From assembly GCA_937926935.1 (NCBI GenBank), contig CALBBI010000057.1:1-51217 (forward strand): a stretch of DNA of 51,217 nucleotides. The letters are read 5' to 3'. This stretch comes from an uncultured Bacillota bacterium. GTDB taxonomy: Bacteria > Bacillota_I > Bacilli_A > RF39 > UBA660. Within the stretch, counting starts at the first letter, position 1; every line of letters begins with the position of its first letter. The notes below the pieces were generated by a model. The model made no database searches, was not told the DNA's origin, and saw only the letters and a list, made by a program, of their open reading frames with translations. The position numbers and the translations under genes were made by a program. Below are positions 36,845-45,844 of this stretch, piece by piece.

Positions 36845-38494
36845 ATGGAATATAAAGTTCTTTATCGAAAATATAGACCACAGAATTTTGATTCTTTAGT
36901 AGGTCAAGAATATACAAAAACATTATTAAAAAATGCTATAAAAAATGAACATATTTCGCATGCTTATATTTTTACTGGCCCCCGTGGTACCGGTAAAACA
37001 AGTTCTGCTAAAATATTTGCTAAGGCTTTAAATTGCTTAAATCCAAAAGATGGAAATCCTTGTAATGAGTGTGAAATGTGTAAAAGTTTTGGAACAAATC
37101 CAGATATAATTGAGATAGATGCTGCTTCTAATAATGGAGTAGATGAAATAAGAGAAATAATTAATAATGTTCGATTAGCTCCAGCAAATTCAAAGTATAA
37201 AGTATATATCGTTGATGAATTTCATATGCTATCTACTAGTGCTTTTAATGCTTTATTATTAACATTGGAAGAACCACCATCTAATGTAGTATTTATATTA
37301 GCAACAACGGATATTCAAAGTGTTCCAATTACAGTTTTATCACGTTGTCAAAGATTTGATTTTAAACCAATTGCAGTTGATGATATAGTTAATCGTTTAA
37401 ATTATGTTTGTATCGAAGAAAAAATTGATATAACGAATGCTGCTTTAAAAGAAATAGCTTATATGAGTAATGGTGGTATGCGTGATGCATTAAGTATTTT
37501 GGATCAAATTTCTTCACGTAATACTAAAATAGATGTAGATGATGTTACAAGCAATTTTGGAAGTATTTCAAATAAAAAAGTAAAAGAGTTTATGGATGTA
37601 TTTACTTCTGGGGATGTTAAAGGCACTTTAGAACTATTAAAAGAATTTAAAAATAATGGTATCGATGTAAGAATATTAATTGAAAAGCTGATAGATAGAA
37701 TAAAATTAATCTTAATAGATATAAAATTAGATAATTATAATGGTATTCTTGATTTTGATATGCTTTATAGTATGGTTTTTGAATTAAATAGAGTACTTCA
37801 AGAAATTAAGAGTAATATCGATCCATATAATTTCTTAGAAATTGTAATTTTAAAATATTTCCCGGGAAATAAAATTTCAAGTAAAGATTTTAAAGATCCA
37901 GTCGAGGAAAAAAAGAGTGGTTCTACTTTGAAAATAGAGCAAAAAGTCGAAGAAAGACCAACTAAAGAAAATATTTCCCAGGAAATAAAAGAGAGTAAAG
38001 AACCTGAAATAAATAATGAGGCTCCAATAGTTAATGAAAAAAAGGCTCACTTTAATATAGACGCTAGAATTAATAATACTTTTGTCGGAGCTCAAAAAAA
38101 GTATTTGTTAGAGCTAAAAGAGAAATGGGACGATTTTGTTATTTATGAAAGTAATGCGAATAAGTTGTTACTTTCTTATATAGTAGATACTGAGCTTGTT
38201 GCAGCATCTAATAATTATGCTGTATTGGTTAATAAGATAAATAATACTAATGATTTAATTAATGAGAATATTGAATCAGTAGAAAAAGATTTTAAAATAT
38301 TCTTTGGTAGAGAATATAAATTAGTGTCTATTTCACCAAAAGTATGGGAAGAGGCACGTAATAAGTATATTACTAACTTAAAAAGTGGTTATAAATATAC
38401 TATGATGGATGATTCCATAATTATTGAAGAAAATACTAGTGAGTTGGAGAAGCTAGCTAATGAAATTTTTGGAAATAATTATGAAACAAAATAG
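36845..38494 (+). CDS. dnaX: DNA polymerase III subunit gamma/tau
   Basis: AAA+ GPRGTGKTS, zinc module CLNPKDGNPCNECEMC, SRCQRFDF. 549 aa. Confidence 0.95.
   Translation: MEYKVLYRKYRPQNFDSLVGQEYTKTLLKNAIKNEHISHAYIFTGPRGTGKTSSAKIFAKALNCLNPKDGNPCNECEMCKSFGTNPDIIEIDAASNNGVDEIREIINNVRLAPANSKYKVYIVDEFHMLSTSAFNALLLTLEEPPSNVVFILATTDIQSVPITVLSRCQRFDFKPIAVDDIVNRLNYVCIEEKIDITNAALKEIAYMSNGGMRDALSILDQISSRNTKIDVDDVTSNFGSISNKKVKEFMDVFTSGDVKGTLELLKEFKNNGIDVRILIEKLIDRIKLILIDIKLDNYNGILDFDMLYSMVFELNRVLQEIKSNIDPYNFLEIVILKYFPGNKISSKDFKDPVEEKKSGSTLKIEQKVEERPTKENISQEIKESKEPEINNEAPIVNEKKAHFNIDARINNTFVGAQKKYLLELKEKWDDFVIYESNANKLLLSYIVDTELVAASNNYAVLVNKINNTNDLINENIESVEKDFKIFFGREYKLVSISPKVWEEARNKYITNLKSGYKYTMMDDSIIIEENTSELEKLANEIFGNNYETK
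37856..37871. promoter_or_regulatory. perfect Noc-binding-site palindrome (TATTTCCCGGGAAATA) inside dnaX
   Basis: Exact 16-mer. Begins at codon position 1 and encodes Y-F-P-G-N-(K). Confidence 0.75.
37972..37987. promoter_or_regulatory. degenerate NBS-like site (TATTTCCCAGGAAATA, one central mismatch) inside dnaX
   Basis: 15 of 16 match to the NBS 16-mer. The reading frame differs from the perfect sites. Confidence 0.35.
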
Positions 38495-38511
38495 AAGAGG
38501 AGAATAAATTT

Positions 38512-38808
38512 ATGAATATGCAAAATTTAATGGCTCAAGCACAAAGAATGCAAAGAGATATTATGAAGAAAAAAGAGGAAGTAGGTAAACAATTATTTAC
38601 AGGAAAGTCGGAATTAGTTGAAGTTACAATGAATGGTAATAAAGAAGTAACTGAAGTAGTAATAAAAAATGAAGATTTAACTAAAGATGATATTGAAGTA
38701 CTTCAAGATATGATTATGATTGCCACAAATGATGCTATTAAGAATGTTGATCAAGCTATGGAAAAAGCTATGGGTCAATATGGAAGTGCTCTTAACGGAT
38801 TATTTTAA
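38512..38808 (+). CDS. ybaB: YbaB/EbfC family nucleoid-associated protein
   Basis: 98 aa, MNMQNLMAQAQRMQ.... Canonical dnaX-ybaB-recR order. Confidence 0.9.
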   Translation: MNMQNLMAQAQRMQRDIMKKKEEVGKQLFTGKSELVEVTMNGNKEVTEVVIKNEDLTKDDIEVLQDMIMIATNDAIKNVDQAMEKAMGQYGSALNGLF

Positions 38809-39407
38809 TGATATATCCTGCTAATTTATTGGAATTAATTGAATACTTTAAGAAATTGCCTGGTATTGGCGAAAAGAGTGCTGAACGTATGGCACTGGCA
38901 ATTTTAGATATGTCTTTAGAGGAAGTTGCTGATTTTTCTTTAGCCTTAAATACGGCCAAAAAGAAATTAAAGAGATGTAGTATTTGTGGTGGTTTAACAG
39001 ATGAAGATGTATGTTATGTTTGCCGAGATATTTCGAGAAATCATAACGTAATATGTGTTTTAGAGGACTTTAAAGGCGTTTTTGCTTTTGAAAAGGCTGG
39101 TAAGTATAATGGGGTGTATCATGTTTTAGATGGGCTTATTTCACCAATTGATGACAGAGGGCCTGAAGATATTAATTTATCTTCACTAATTGATAGAGTA
39201 AAAACTTTGGAAAATCCTGAAGTTATTATAGCTTTGAAGCCGTCTATTGAAGGAGAAACGACTACTTTATATATAAAGAAGATATTAGAAGATAAAGGGG
39301 TTAAAATATCTCGTTTGTCTTATGGTATTCCAATGGGTGTTGATATTGATTATTTGGATGAGATTACACTTCTTAATGCCTTAAATGATAGAAAAGATAT
39401 ATCATAA
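38808..39407 (+). CDS. recR: recombination protein RecR
   Basis: HhH N-terminus (LPGIGEKSAERMA), Cys4 finger CSICGGLTDEDVCYVC, Toprim domain. Confidence 0.95.
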   Translation: MIYPANLLELIEYFKKLPGIGEKSAERMALAILDMSLEEVADFSLALNTAKKKLKRCSICGGLTDEDVCYVCRDISRNHNVICVLEDFKGVFAFEKAGKYNGVYHVLDGLISPIDDRGPEDINLSSLIDRVKTLENPEVIIALKPSIEGETTTLYIKKILEDKGVKISRLSYGIPMGVDIDYLDEITLLNALNDRKDIS

Positions 39408-39450
39408 ATTATAGTAAGCCTAATATAATTATATTGGTTGGTGATTAACT

Positions 39451-39636
39451 ATAAAAAAAGTATATTTTGTTATAAGAAAATTAGTTTTTTCCTTTTTAAT
39501 GTTATATGGTTTAAATGTTATGTTAAAGTATGTTAACGTCATTATTCCTATTAATATTATAAATATAATAATTACTTATTTTTTAGGTGGTTTTGGTGTA
39601 TTAGCACTAGTTATTATAAAATTATTGATAATATGA
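39451..39636 (+). CDS. BofA-like small membrane protein (pro-sigma-K processing inhibitor family); proposed ATA start
   Basis: Own translation: (ATA)KKVYFVIRKLVFSFLMLYGLNVMLKYVNVIIPINIINIIITYFLGGFGVLALVIIKLLII. The C-terminal IPxN...LGxxGVLxLV resembles BofA. Position after recR matches B. subtilis recR-yaaL-bofA. ATA lies 5 nt after GGTGAT. The only canonical start (ATG 39499) has no SD and would cut TM1. Confidence 0.45.
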   Translation: MKKVYFVIRKLVFSFLMLYGLNVMLKYVNVIIPINIINIIITYFLGGFGVLALVIIKLLII

Positions 39637-39652
39637 TTGATTGGTGGTAGTT

Positions 39653-40486
39653 ATGTTTGAAGCAGATAAATTTAATGAATTGAAAAAGAAATATGAGGAT
39701 AATAAGCTTTCTCATGCTTTTTTAATTGAAACAAATAATTACGAATTATGTTTGAATGATATAAAACAACTATTAAAGATTGTTAATTGTCCTGACAAGT
39801 ATATGAGTGATTGTACTGAACAATGCAATTTATGTAAATTAATTGATTTATTGAATTTACCTAGTATTATAATTGTTGAGCCAGATGGTATGAGTATAAA
39901 AAAACAACAACTTAATGAGTTGCAAGAAAAGTTTAGTACTAAACCTGTGTATTCAAGGTATAATACATATATAATAAAAGATGCTGATATGATGAATGAT
40001 TCTGCTTCAAACTGTATGTTAAAATTTTTAGAAGAACCGGAAGATAATATTTTAGGGTTCTTTATAACTACTAATAAAGAGAGAGTAATTGATACGATAA
40101 AGAGTCGTTGTCAAATTATGAAAATCGACTATGCGACTAAGAGTGTAGTTGATGAGAAAATAATTGAATATGCAAATGAATATGTAAGAAGAATTTTGGA
40201 AAATTGTGATTTGATAGTAAATAAAGAATTTATTTTACCGTCTTTTGGTACGAGAAATGAAATTAATTCTTTGTTAACTGTTATTTTTGATATGTATATG
40301 AGTGCAATTAGTGAAAAATATTTCCCGGGAAATAAAAAAAATGACGTTTTATCAGGAATTTCTCTTGAACAATTAAAAAATCAAATTCCAATTATAGAAA
40401 AAACTATAACATTAAATCAAGCAAATGTAAGTTTAGAGCTATTATTAGATCAGTTTGTCATAGAAATGAGGAGAGCTAATGCGTAA
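39653..40486 (+). CDS. holB: DNA polymerase III delta' subunit
   Basis: Clamp-loader fold; LSHAFLIE, FLEEPEDN, SRCQIMKI. Followed by ricT, as in B. subtilis. Confidence 0.85.
   Translation: MFEADKFNELKKKYEDNKLSHAFLIETNNYELCLNDIKQLLKIVNCPDKYMSDCTEQCNLCKLIDLLNLPSIIIVEPDGMSIKKQQLNELQEKFSTKPVYSRYNTYIIKDADMMNDSASNCMLKFLEEPEDNILGFFITTNKERVIDTIKSRCQIMKIDYATKSVVDEKIIEYANEYVRRILENCDLIVNKEFILPSFGTRNEINSLLTVIFDMYMSAISEKYFPGNKKNDVLSGISLEQLKNQIPIIEKTITLNQANVSLELLLDQFVIEMRRANA
40319..40334. promoter_or_regulatory. perfect Noc-binding-site palindrome inside holB
   Basis: TATTTCCCGGGAAATA. Codon position 1; encodes YFPGN(K). Confidence 0.75.
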
Positions 40487-41279
40487 TATTTATGGTGTAG
40501 AATTTAAACCAAATGGAAAAATTTATTATTTTAATGCAGAAAAATTAGAATGTCCAATTAATGTAACGGTTATTGTTCGAACAGAACGAGGAGAACAATT
40601 TGGTAAAGTTGTAATGAAAATTAATGAGACTGATTTAAAAACTTCGATTGATGAGATTAGTCCAATAATTCGTATTGCAACCAAAAATGATTATAAGAAA
40701 CATTTAAGTTTATTGAAGGAACAAGAAGAAGCTATGAATTATGCTAAAGAAGTTGCTAATGAATTAAACTTGAATATGCGTTTTATGGATTCGAGCTTTA
40801 CCTTTGATAGAAAACAATTATTATTAAATTTCTTGGCTGATGAACGTATTGATTTTCGTGAACTTGCGAAAAGAATGGCTGGTAAATTTAAAACAAGAAT
40901 TGAATTAAGACAAATTGGGGCCCGTGATAAAGCTAAAAGTATTGATGGATATGGTGTATGTGGGAGAAGACTGTGTTGTGCTGGTTTTTTAAATCATATT
41001 GATTCTATAAGTATGAATATGGCTAAGAATCAAAATATTGCTTTGAATCCTTCTAAAATTAATGGTTGTTGTGGTAGATTATTATGTTGTTTAACTTATG
41101 AAGATGAACAATATAGTTGTTGTCGTGTCGGGATGCCTACTGTTGGTAAGAAGATTACTTTAGAGCAAGGTGAAGGCAAAGTTATATCTGTTGATATATT
41201 AAATAGAAAATATAAAGTTTTAATTGGAAATGAAGTTAAGGAGATTGAACTAGATAATAATGAAAGTAGTAAAGAATGA
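40479..41279 (+). CDS. ricT: PSP1-domain protein RicT (YaaT)
   Basis: PSP1 C-terminal domain with a Cys cluster (CGRRLCCAGF...NGCCGRLLCCLTYE). Syntenic with holB. Confidence 0.85.
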   Translation: MRNIYGVEFKPNGKIYYFNAEKLECPINVTVIVRTERGEQFGKVVMKINETDLKTSIDEISPIIRIATKNDYKKHLSLLKEQEEAMNYAKEVANELNLNMRFMDSSFTFDRKQLLLNFLADERIDFRELAKRMAGKFKTRIELRQIGARDKAKSIDGYGVCGRRLCCAGFLNHIDSISMNMAKNQNIALNPSKINGCCGRLLCCLTYEDEQYSCCRVGMPTVGKKITLEQGEGKVISVDILNRKYKVLIGNEVKEIELDNNESSKE

Positions 41280-41964
41280 TTTATTTGATTATGGATTAGA
41301 AATATATCAAGATGAGAAATTATTTAAATTTTCTTTAGACTCAATATTACTTGCCGAATTTGTAGAAAATAAGGCCGGATTAAATACAATAGTTGATTTT
41401 TGTTGTGGTAATGGGGCTGTGCCTTTGATACTTTCAACTAGAGTTAATAGTAAAATAATTGGTTTTGAATTACAAAAAAATGTCTTTCAATTAGCATATA
41501 ATTCGGTTATACTTAATAATTTAGAAAAACAAGTTAAAATTATTAATGCGAATCTTAATGAGAGCTTGGAATATATTTTACCTGAATCTGTTGATGCGGT
41601 TACTTGTAATCCGCCTTATTTTAAGTTAAATAAAGGGTCATATGTTAATACAGAAGAAAGTTTAGCTATAGCTCGTCATGAAATAAAAACTAATTTAGAA
41701 GAAATTGTAATGACGGCTAAATATATTTTAAAAAATAAAGCACCTTTGTATTTAGTGCATCGTCCAGAAAGATTAATGGAACTTATAGGGATTTTAACTA
41801 AATATAAATTTAGTGTTAAAAAGTTACAATTTGTTTATGCAGGATATCAAAAGAGTGCTATAATGGTTCTTATTAAAGCGACAAAAAATGGTTCTGATGG
41901 CTTGATTGTTAATCCGCCAGTAAATGTATTAGAGCATAGGAGTTATAAGAGAATTTTTGATTAG
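41260..41964 (+). CDS. SAM-dependent methyltransferase, YabB/TrmN6-like (tRNA m6A37 family)
   Basis: DFCCGNGAVPL SAM motif and CNPPYF motif. Position equivalent to B. subtilis yabB. Confidence 0.7.
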   Translation: MKVVKNDLFDYGLEIYQDEKLFKFSLDSILLAEFVENKAGLNTIVDFCCGNGAVPLILSTRVNSKIIGFELQKNVFQLAYNSVILNNLEKQVKIINANLNESLEYILPESVDAVTCNPPYFKLNKGSYVNTEESLAIARHEIKTNLEEIVMTAKYILKNKAPLYLVHRPERLMELIGILTKYKFSVKKLQFVYAGYQKSAIMVLIKATKNGSDGLIVNPPVNVLEHRSYKRIFD

Positions 41965-41977
41965 GATGTGATATAAA

Positions 41978-42529
41978 ATGAAGTTAATTGTTGGTATTGG
42001 AAATTATGGTAAAGAGTATGAATGTACAAGACATAATATTGGGTTTATGGTGTTAGATTATTTCCCGGGAAATAAAAAATTTGTCAAAAAGTTCAATGCT
42101 TTATGTTGTGAAGAAAATATTAATGGTGAAAAAGTTATTTTTATAAAGCCTTTAACGTACGTTAATCTTTCAGGAGATGCCGTTGCCAAATTTGCTAATT
42201 ATTATAAAATTGAAAATAAAGATATTTTGATTATTCAAGATGATTTAGACTTATCATTTCTAAAATATCGGTTAAAATATAAAAGTAGTGCGGGCGGACA
42301 TAATGGAATGAAGTCAATAATTGCTTCTTTAGGAACTGATATGGTTCCTCGGTTGAAAATTGGTATTGCGCATGATAGAAGTATGGATACTAAAGATTAT
42401 GTTTTAGGAAGAATTAGTAAAGAAAATTTAGAACAATTTAATGAAATGGCTCCAATATTTAAAGATATCATAGTAGATTTTGCTAATCATGATATAGAGT
42501 ATTGTATGCAAAAGTATAATAAGAAATAG
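41978..42529 (+). CDS. pth: peptidyl-tRNA hydrolase
   Basis: VGIGNYGKEYECTRHNIGF, KPLTYVNLSG, GGHNGMKSI. Confidence 0.95.
   Translation: MKLIVGIGNYGKEYECTRHNIGFMVLDYFPGNKKFVKKFNALCCEENINGEKVIFIKPLTYVNLSGDAVAKFANYYKIENKDILIIQDDLDLSFLKYRLKYKSSAGGHNGMKSIIASLGTDMVPRLKIGIAHDRSMDTKDYVLGRISKENLEQFNEMAPIFKDIIVDFANHDIEYCMQKYNKK
42059..42074. promoter_or_regulatory. perfect Noc-binding-site palindrome inside pth
   Basis: TATTTCCCGGGAAATA. Codon position 1; encodes YFPGN(K) in a segment that is variable between Pth proteins. Confidence 0.75.
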
Positions 42530-42538
42530 GTAATTGGT

Positions 42539-45500
42539 ATGAATTATTTAAATGAGTTATATAATTATGTTAATAATAGTGAAGTAATTGGTTTAACGAA
42601 AGAGTTAAACGTTTTTTACGTTAATCAGTATTTTGAAAGTCATGATGAGAACGTTTTAGTTTTAGCTAATAGTTTATATGAAGCTAATCAATATTATGAT
42701 TTACTAAGTACTTTAAATAAGGATGTTTTAATATTTCCAATGGATGATTTTATTTCTTCAGTAGCGGTGGCGATTTCGCCTGATTTGAAAATTAAACGTT
42801 TGGAAACTTTAAATCAATTAAAGGATAATAAAAAACATATTGTCGTTACGAATTTAATGGGACTTTTAAGATATCTTCCTGACTATAAATATGCTAATAA
42901 GACGCAATTTGAGTTAAAGAAGGGGATGCAAATAAGTAGAGATAAGTTTATTCAAATTTTAGATGAGTTTGGATATACTAAGGAATCTATGGTTGCAGCT
43001 ACTGGAGAATATGCTGTTCGTGGTTTTATAATTGATTTATTTATAATTGAGCAAGAGCATCCGGTTAGAATTGAATTTTTTGGTGACGAAATTGATTCAG
43101 TAAGAGTATTTGATGAGAATAATCAGTTATCTATTAAAGAGATAGATAAGATTACGGTATTACCTTATATTGAGATTGAAACGGCAAATAAGAGTTCAAT
43201 CTTGGATTATTTAGGAAAACCTTTTGTATTTATGATTGAGAAATCGCAAATTGATGCAGGGTATGCTAAACTTTGTGATGAGATAATGGAATATAATCAA
43301 TCACTAAATGAAAATAAAAAATATATGTTTGAAATGGAAGAGTTAAATATTTCTAACTGGATTTATTTGGATAGTTTAGAGGTTTTAAATGATAATAAAT
43401 TTCATTATCAAACAAAAGAAATAGAAAATTTTAATTCTAACTTTGATTTATTAGAAAATTATGTAAAAAATAAATTAAAAGGTAATAATACTGTTATATT
43501 TTATTTATCTAATAAAAATGAAATTGATGATATAATAGAAATATTTCCCACGGCAAGAATTACCACTGGAAATGAAATTATTACTAATCAAGTAAATATT
43601 ATTTCAAAGAAAATAGATAATGGTTTTGAAATATTTAATTACTGTGTAATAGCAGAATTTGATATAGAAAAAATAAATCATAAAGAAATTAAATATAAAA
43701 ATTCTTATCGAATTGGTAAAAGAATACATAATTTTGACCAATTAGAAGTTGGGGATTATGTTGTTCATGAAGCTCATGGAATAGGTATTTATAGTGGGGT
43801 TGTTACGTTAGATAATCATGGAATAAAGAAAGATTACTTATTAATAAAGTATGATGGTGATGACAAAGTTTATGTTCCTGTTGAAAAGATTAGTAATATT
43901 TTTAAGTATTCTTCCAAAGATGGTGATGTTCCTAAGATTAATAAGTTAAATAGTACTTCTTGGGAAAAGACGAAGCGAGCAATGCAGAAAAAAGTTCATG
44001 ATATTTCTATGGAACTTATCAAGCTTTATGCAGAGCGTGCTAAGATAAAAGGACCAGCTTTTAAAAGTGATCCTATAGAAGATTTATTTGATGCTGATTT
44101 TAAGTATGTTCCAACGGCTGACCAAGAAAAAGCTTTTAAAGATATTAATCTGGATTTAGAAAAAGATGTTCCTATGGATAGATTATTATGTGGAGATGTA
44201 GGTTTTGGAAAGACTGAAGTAGCATTTAGAGCAATGTTTAAAACAGTTGTTAATAATATGCAAGTATCTTATTTATGTCCTACAACAATACTTTCAAAGC
44301 AACAATATGAAAATGCTTTGGAAAGATTTAAAAATTTTCCAGTAGAAATAGCGTTACTAAATAGATTTACTACTCCTAAAGAAACGGAAAGAATTTTAGA
44401 AGGATTAAAAAATGGAACTATAGATATAGTATTTGGTACGCATCGTTTGCTTAGTAAGGATATTGAATATAAGAATTTAGGGTTATTAATAGTTGATGAA
44501 GAACAACGTTTTGGAGTAACACATAAAGAAAGAATTAAGCAATATAAGAATGATGTTAATGTTTTAACATTATCTGCAACACCAATTCCAAGAACTTTGA
44601 AAATGGCGATGTCAGGGTTAAGAGATTTATCCATTATAGATACGGCACCGGTTAATAGATATCCTGTTCAAACCTATGTCATGGCGGAATCTGATATGGT
44701 TGTAAAAGATGCTATATATAAAGAATTAGCGAGAAAAGGACAAATATTTATTTTATATAATCATGTTGATGGCTTAGAAAATAAACGAAGTGAATTACAA
44801 AAGTTAGTTCCGGAAGCTAGGATTGTAATGGCTCATGGTCGAATGAATAAGAGTGAAATTGAAGATGTAATGGATGATTTTATTAATTATAAGTATGATA
44901 TTTTATTATGTACGACGATTATTGAAACTGGAATAGATATTCCTAATGCTAATACGTTGATAATATTTGATGCGGATAGATTTGGTTTAAGTCAGTTGTA
45001 TCAAATTCGTGGTCGTGTTGGTCGTAGTAATAAAATTGCCTATGCTTATTTAATGTATGATAAAAATAAGATGTTAAATGATATTGCGATAAAGAGATTA
45101 CAGGCAATTAAAGAATTTACGGAGTTAGGTAGTGGTTATCGTATCGCTATGCGTGATTTGTCGCTACGTGGTGCTGGGGATATTTTGGGTAGTGATCAAG
45201 CTGGATTTGTTTCAGCGGTTGGCCTAGATTTGTATATGAAAATGGTTGATGAAGAGATTAAAAAAATTCATGGGGAAGAAATACCTAAAGAAGATACTAG
45301 TAATAAAGCTTTAATTAATGTTGATACTCATATTAGTGATGAGTATGTAAGTGATGAGAGTTTAAAAATTGAAATTCATCAAAAGATTAATGAAATTGAT
45401 AGTTATGAGAAATTAGAAAGTATTCAGCAAGAAATTGAGGATAGATTTGGTAAGATTGATGAAAAGATTATGGTTTATATGTATGAAGAATGGTTTGAGA

Positions 45501-45766
45501 AACTAGCTAATAGTTTAGGAATAACAAAGGTTGTACAGAATAATACTTTAGTAGAGATAGAACTACCAACTACTTTAGTTCATAATTTGAAATTCGATAA
45601 GTTATTTATTCAAGCTTATAATATTTCAAGAAAATTTCAATTTCGTTCAGTATTAAATAAAGTATATATTACTTTACCTGTGAATAATTTAGATAAACAT
45701 TTTGTCTATTATTTGGTAGATTTATTAAATTTAATAAAAGATGAAGTGGATAAATTAAGTAATTAA
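42539..45766 (+). CDS. mfd: transcription-repair coupling factor
   Basis: 1075 aa. RNAP-interaction domain GDYVVHEAHGIGIY. Helicase motifs GDVGFGKTEVA, VDEEQRFG, SATPIPRT, QLYQIRGRVGRS. Confidence 0.95.
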   Translation: MNYLNELYNYVNNSEVIGLTKELNVFYVNQYFESHDENVLVLANSLYEANQYYDLLSTLNKDVLIFPMDDFISSVAVAISPDLKIKRLETLNQLKDNKKHIVVTNLMGLLRYLPDYKYANKTQFELKKGMQISRDKFIQILDEFGYTKESMVAATGEYAVRGFIIDLFIIEQEHPVRIEFFGDEIDSVRVFDENNQLSIKEIDKITVLPYIEIETANKSSILDYLGKPFVFMIEKSQIDAGYAKLCDEIMEYNQSLNENKKYMFEMEELNISNWIYLDSLEVLNDNKFHYQTKEIENFNSNFDLLENYVKNKLKGNNTVIFYLSNKNEIDDIIEIFPTARITTGNEIITNQVNIISKKIDNGFEIFNYCVIAEFDIEKINHKEIKYKNSYRIGKRIHNFDQLEVGDYVVHEAHGIGIYSGVVTLDNHGIKKDYLLIKYDGDDKVYVPVEKISNIFKYSSKDGDVPKINKLNSTSWEKTKRAMQKKVHDISMELIKLYAERAKIKGPAFKSDPIEDLFDADFKYVPTADQEKAFKDINLDLEKDVPMDRLLCGDVGFGKTEVAFRAMFKTVVNNMQVSYLCPTTILSKQQYENALERFKNFPVEIALLNRFTTPKETERILEGLKNGTIDIVFGTHRLLSKDIEYKNLGLLIVDEEQRFGVTHKERIKQYKNDVNVLTLSATPIPRTLKMAMSGLRDLSIIDTAPVNRYPVQTYVMAESDMVVKDAIYKELARKGQIFILYNHVDGLENKRSELQKLVPEARIVMAHGRMNKSEIEDVMDDFINYKYDILLCTTIIETGIDIPNANTLIIFDADRFGLSQLYQIRGRVGRSNKIAYAYLMYDKNKMLNDIAIKRLQAIKEFTELGSGYRIAMRDLSLRGAGDILGSDQAGFVSAVGLDLYMKMVDEEIKKIHGEEIPKEDTSNKALINVDTHISDEYVSDESLKIEIHQKINEIDSYEKLESIQQEIEDRFGKIDEKIMVYMYEEWFEKLANSLGITKVVQNNTLVEIELPTTLVHNLKFDKLFIQAYNISRKFQFRSVLNKVYITLPVNNLDKHFVYYLVDLLNLIKDEVDKLSN

Positions 45767-45786
45767 GAGGCTTTGGTCTCTTTTTT
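45767..45786 (+). terminator. weak Rho-independent terminator candidate after mfd
   Basis: GAGGC-UUUG-GUCUC (includes one G.U pair) followed by T6. Confidence 0.35.
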
Positions 45787-45812
45787 GCTATTTTGGTTAT
45801 AAAAAAGTTACT

Positions 45813-45821
45813 TGTGGATAA
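45813..45821. promoter_or_regulatory. isolated perfect DnaA box 24 nt upstream of spoVT
   Basis: TGTGGATAA. Confidence 0.5.
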
Positions 45822-45844
45822 AATAAGGGTAGTGAGGTTATGAA

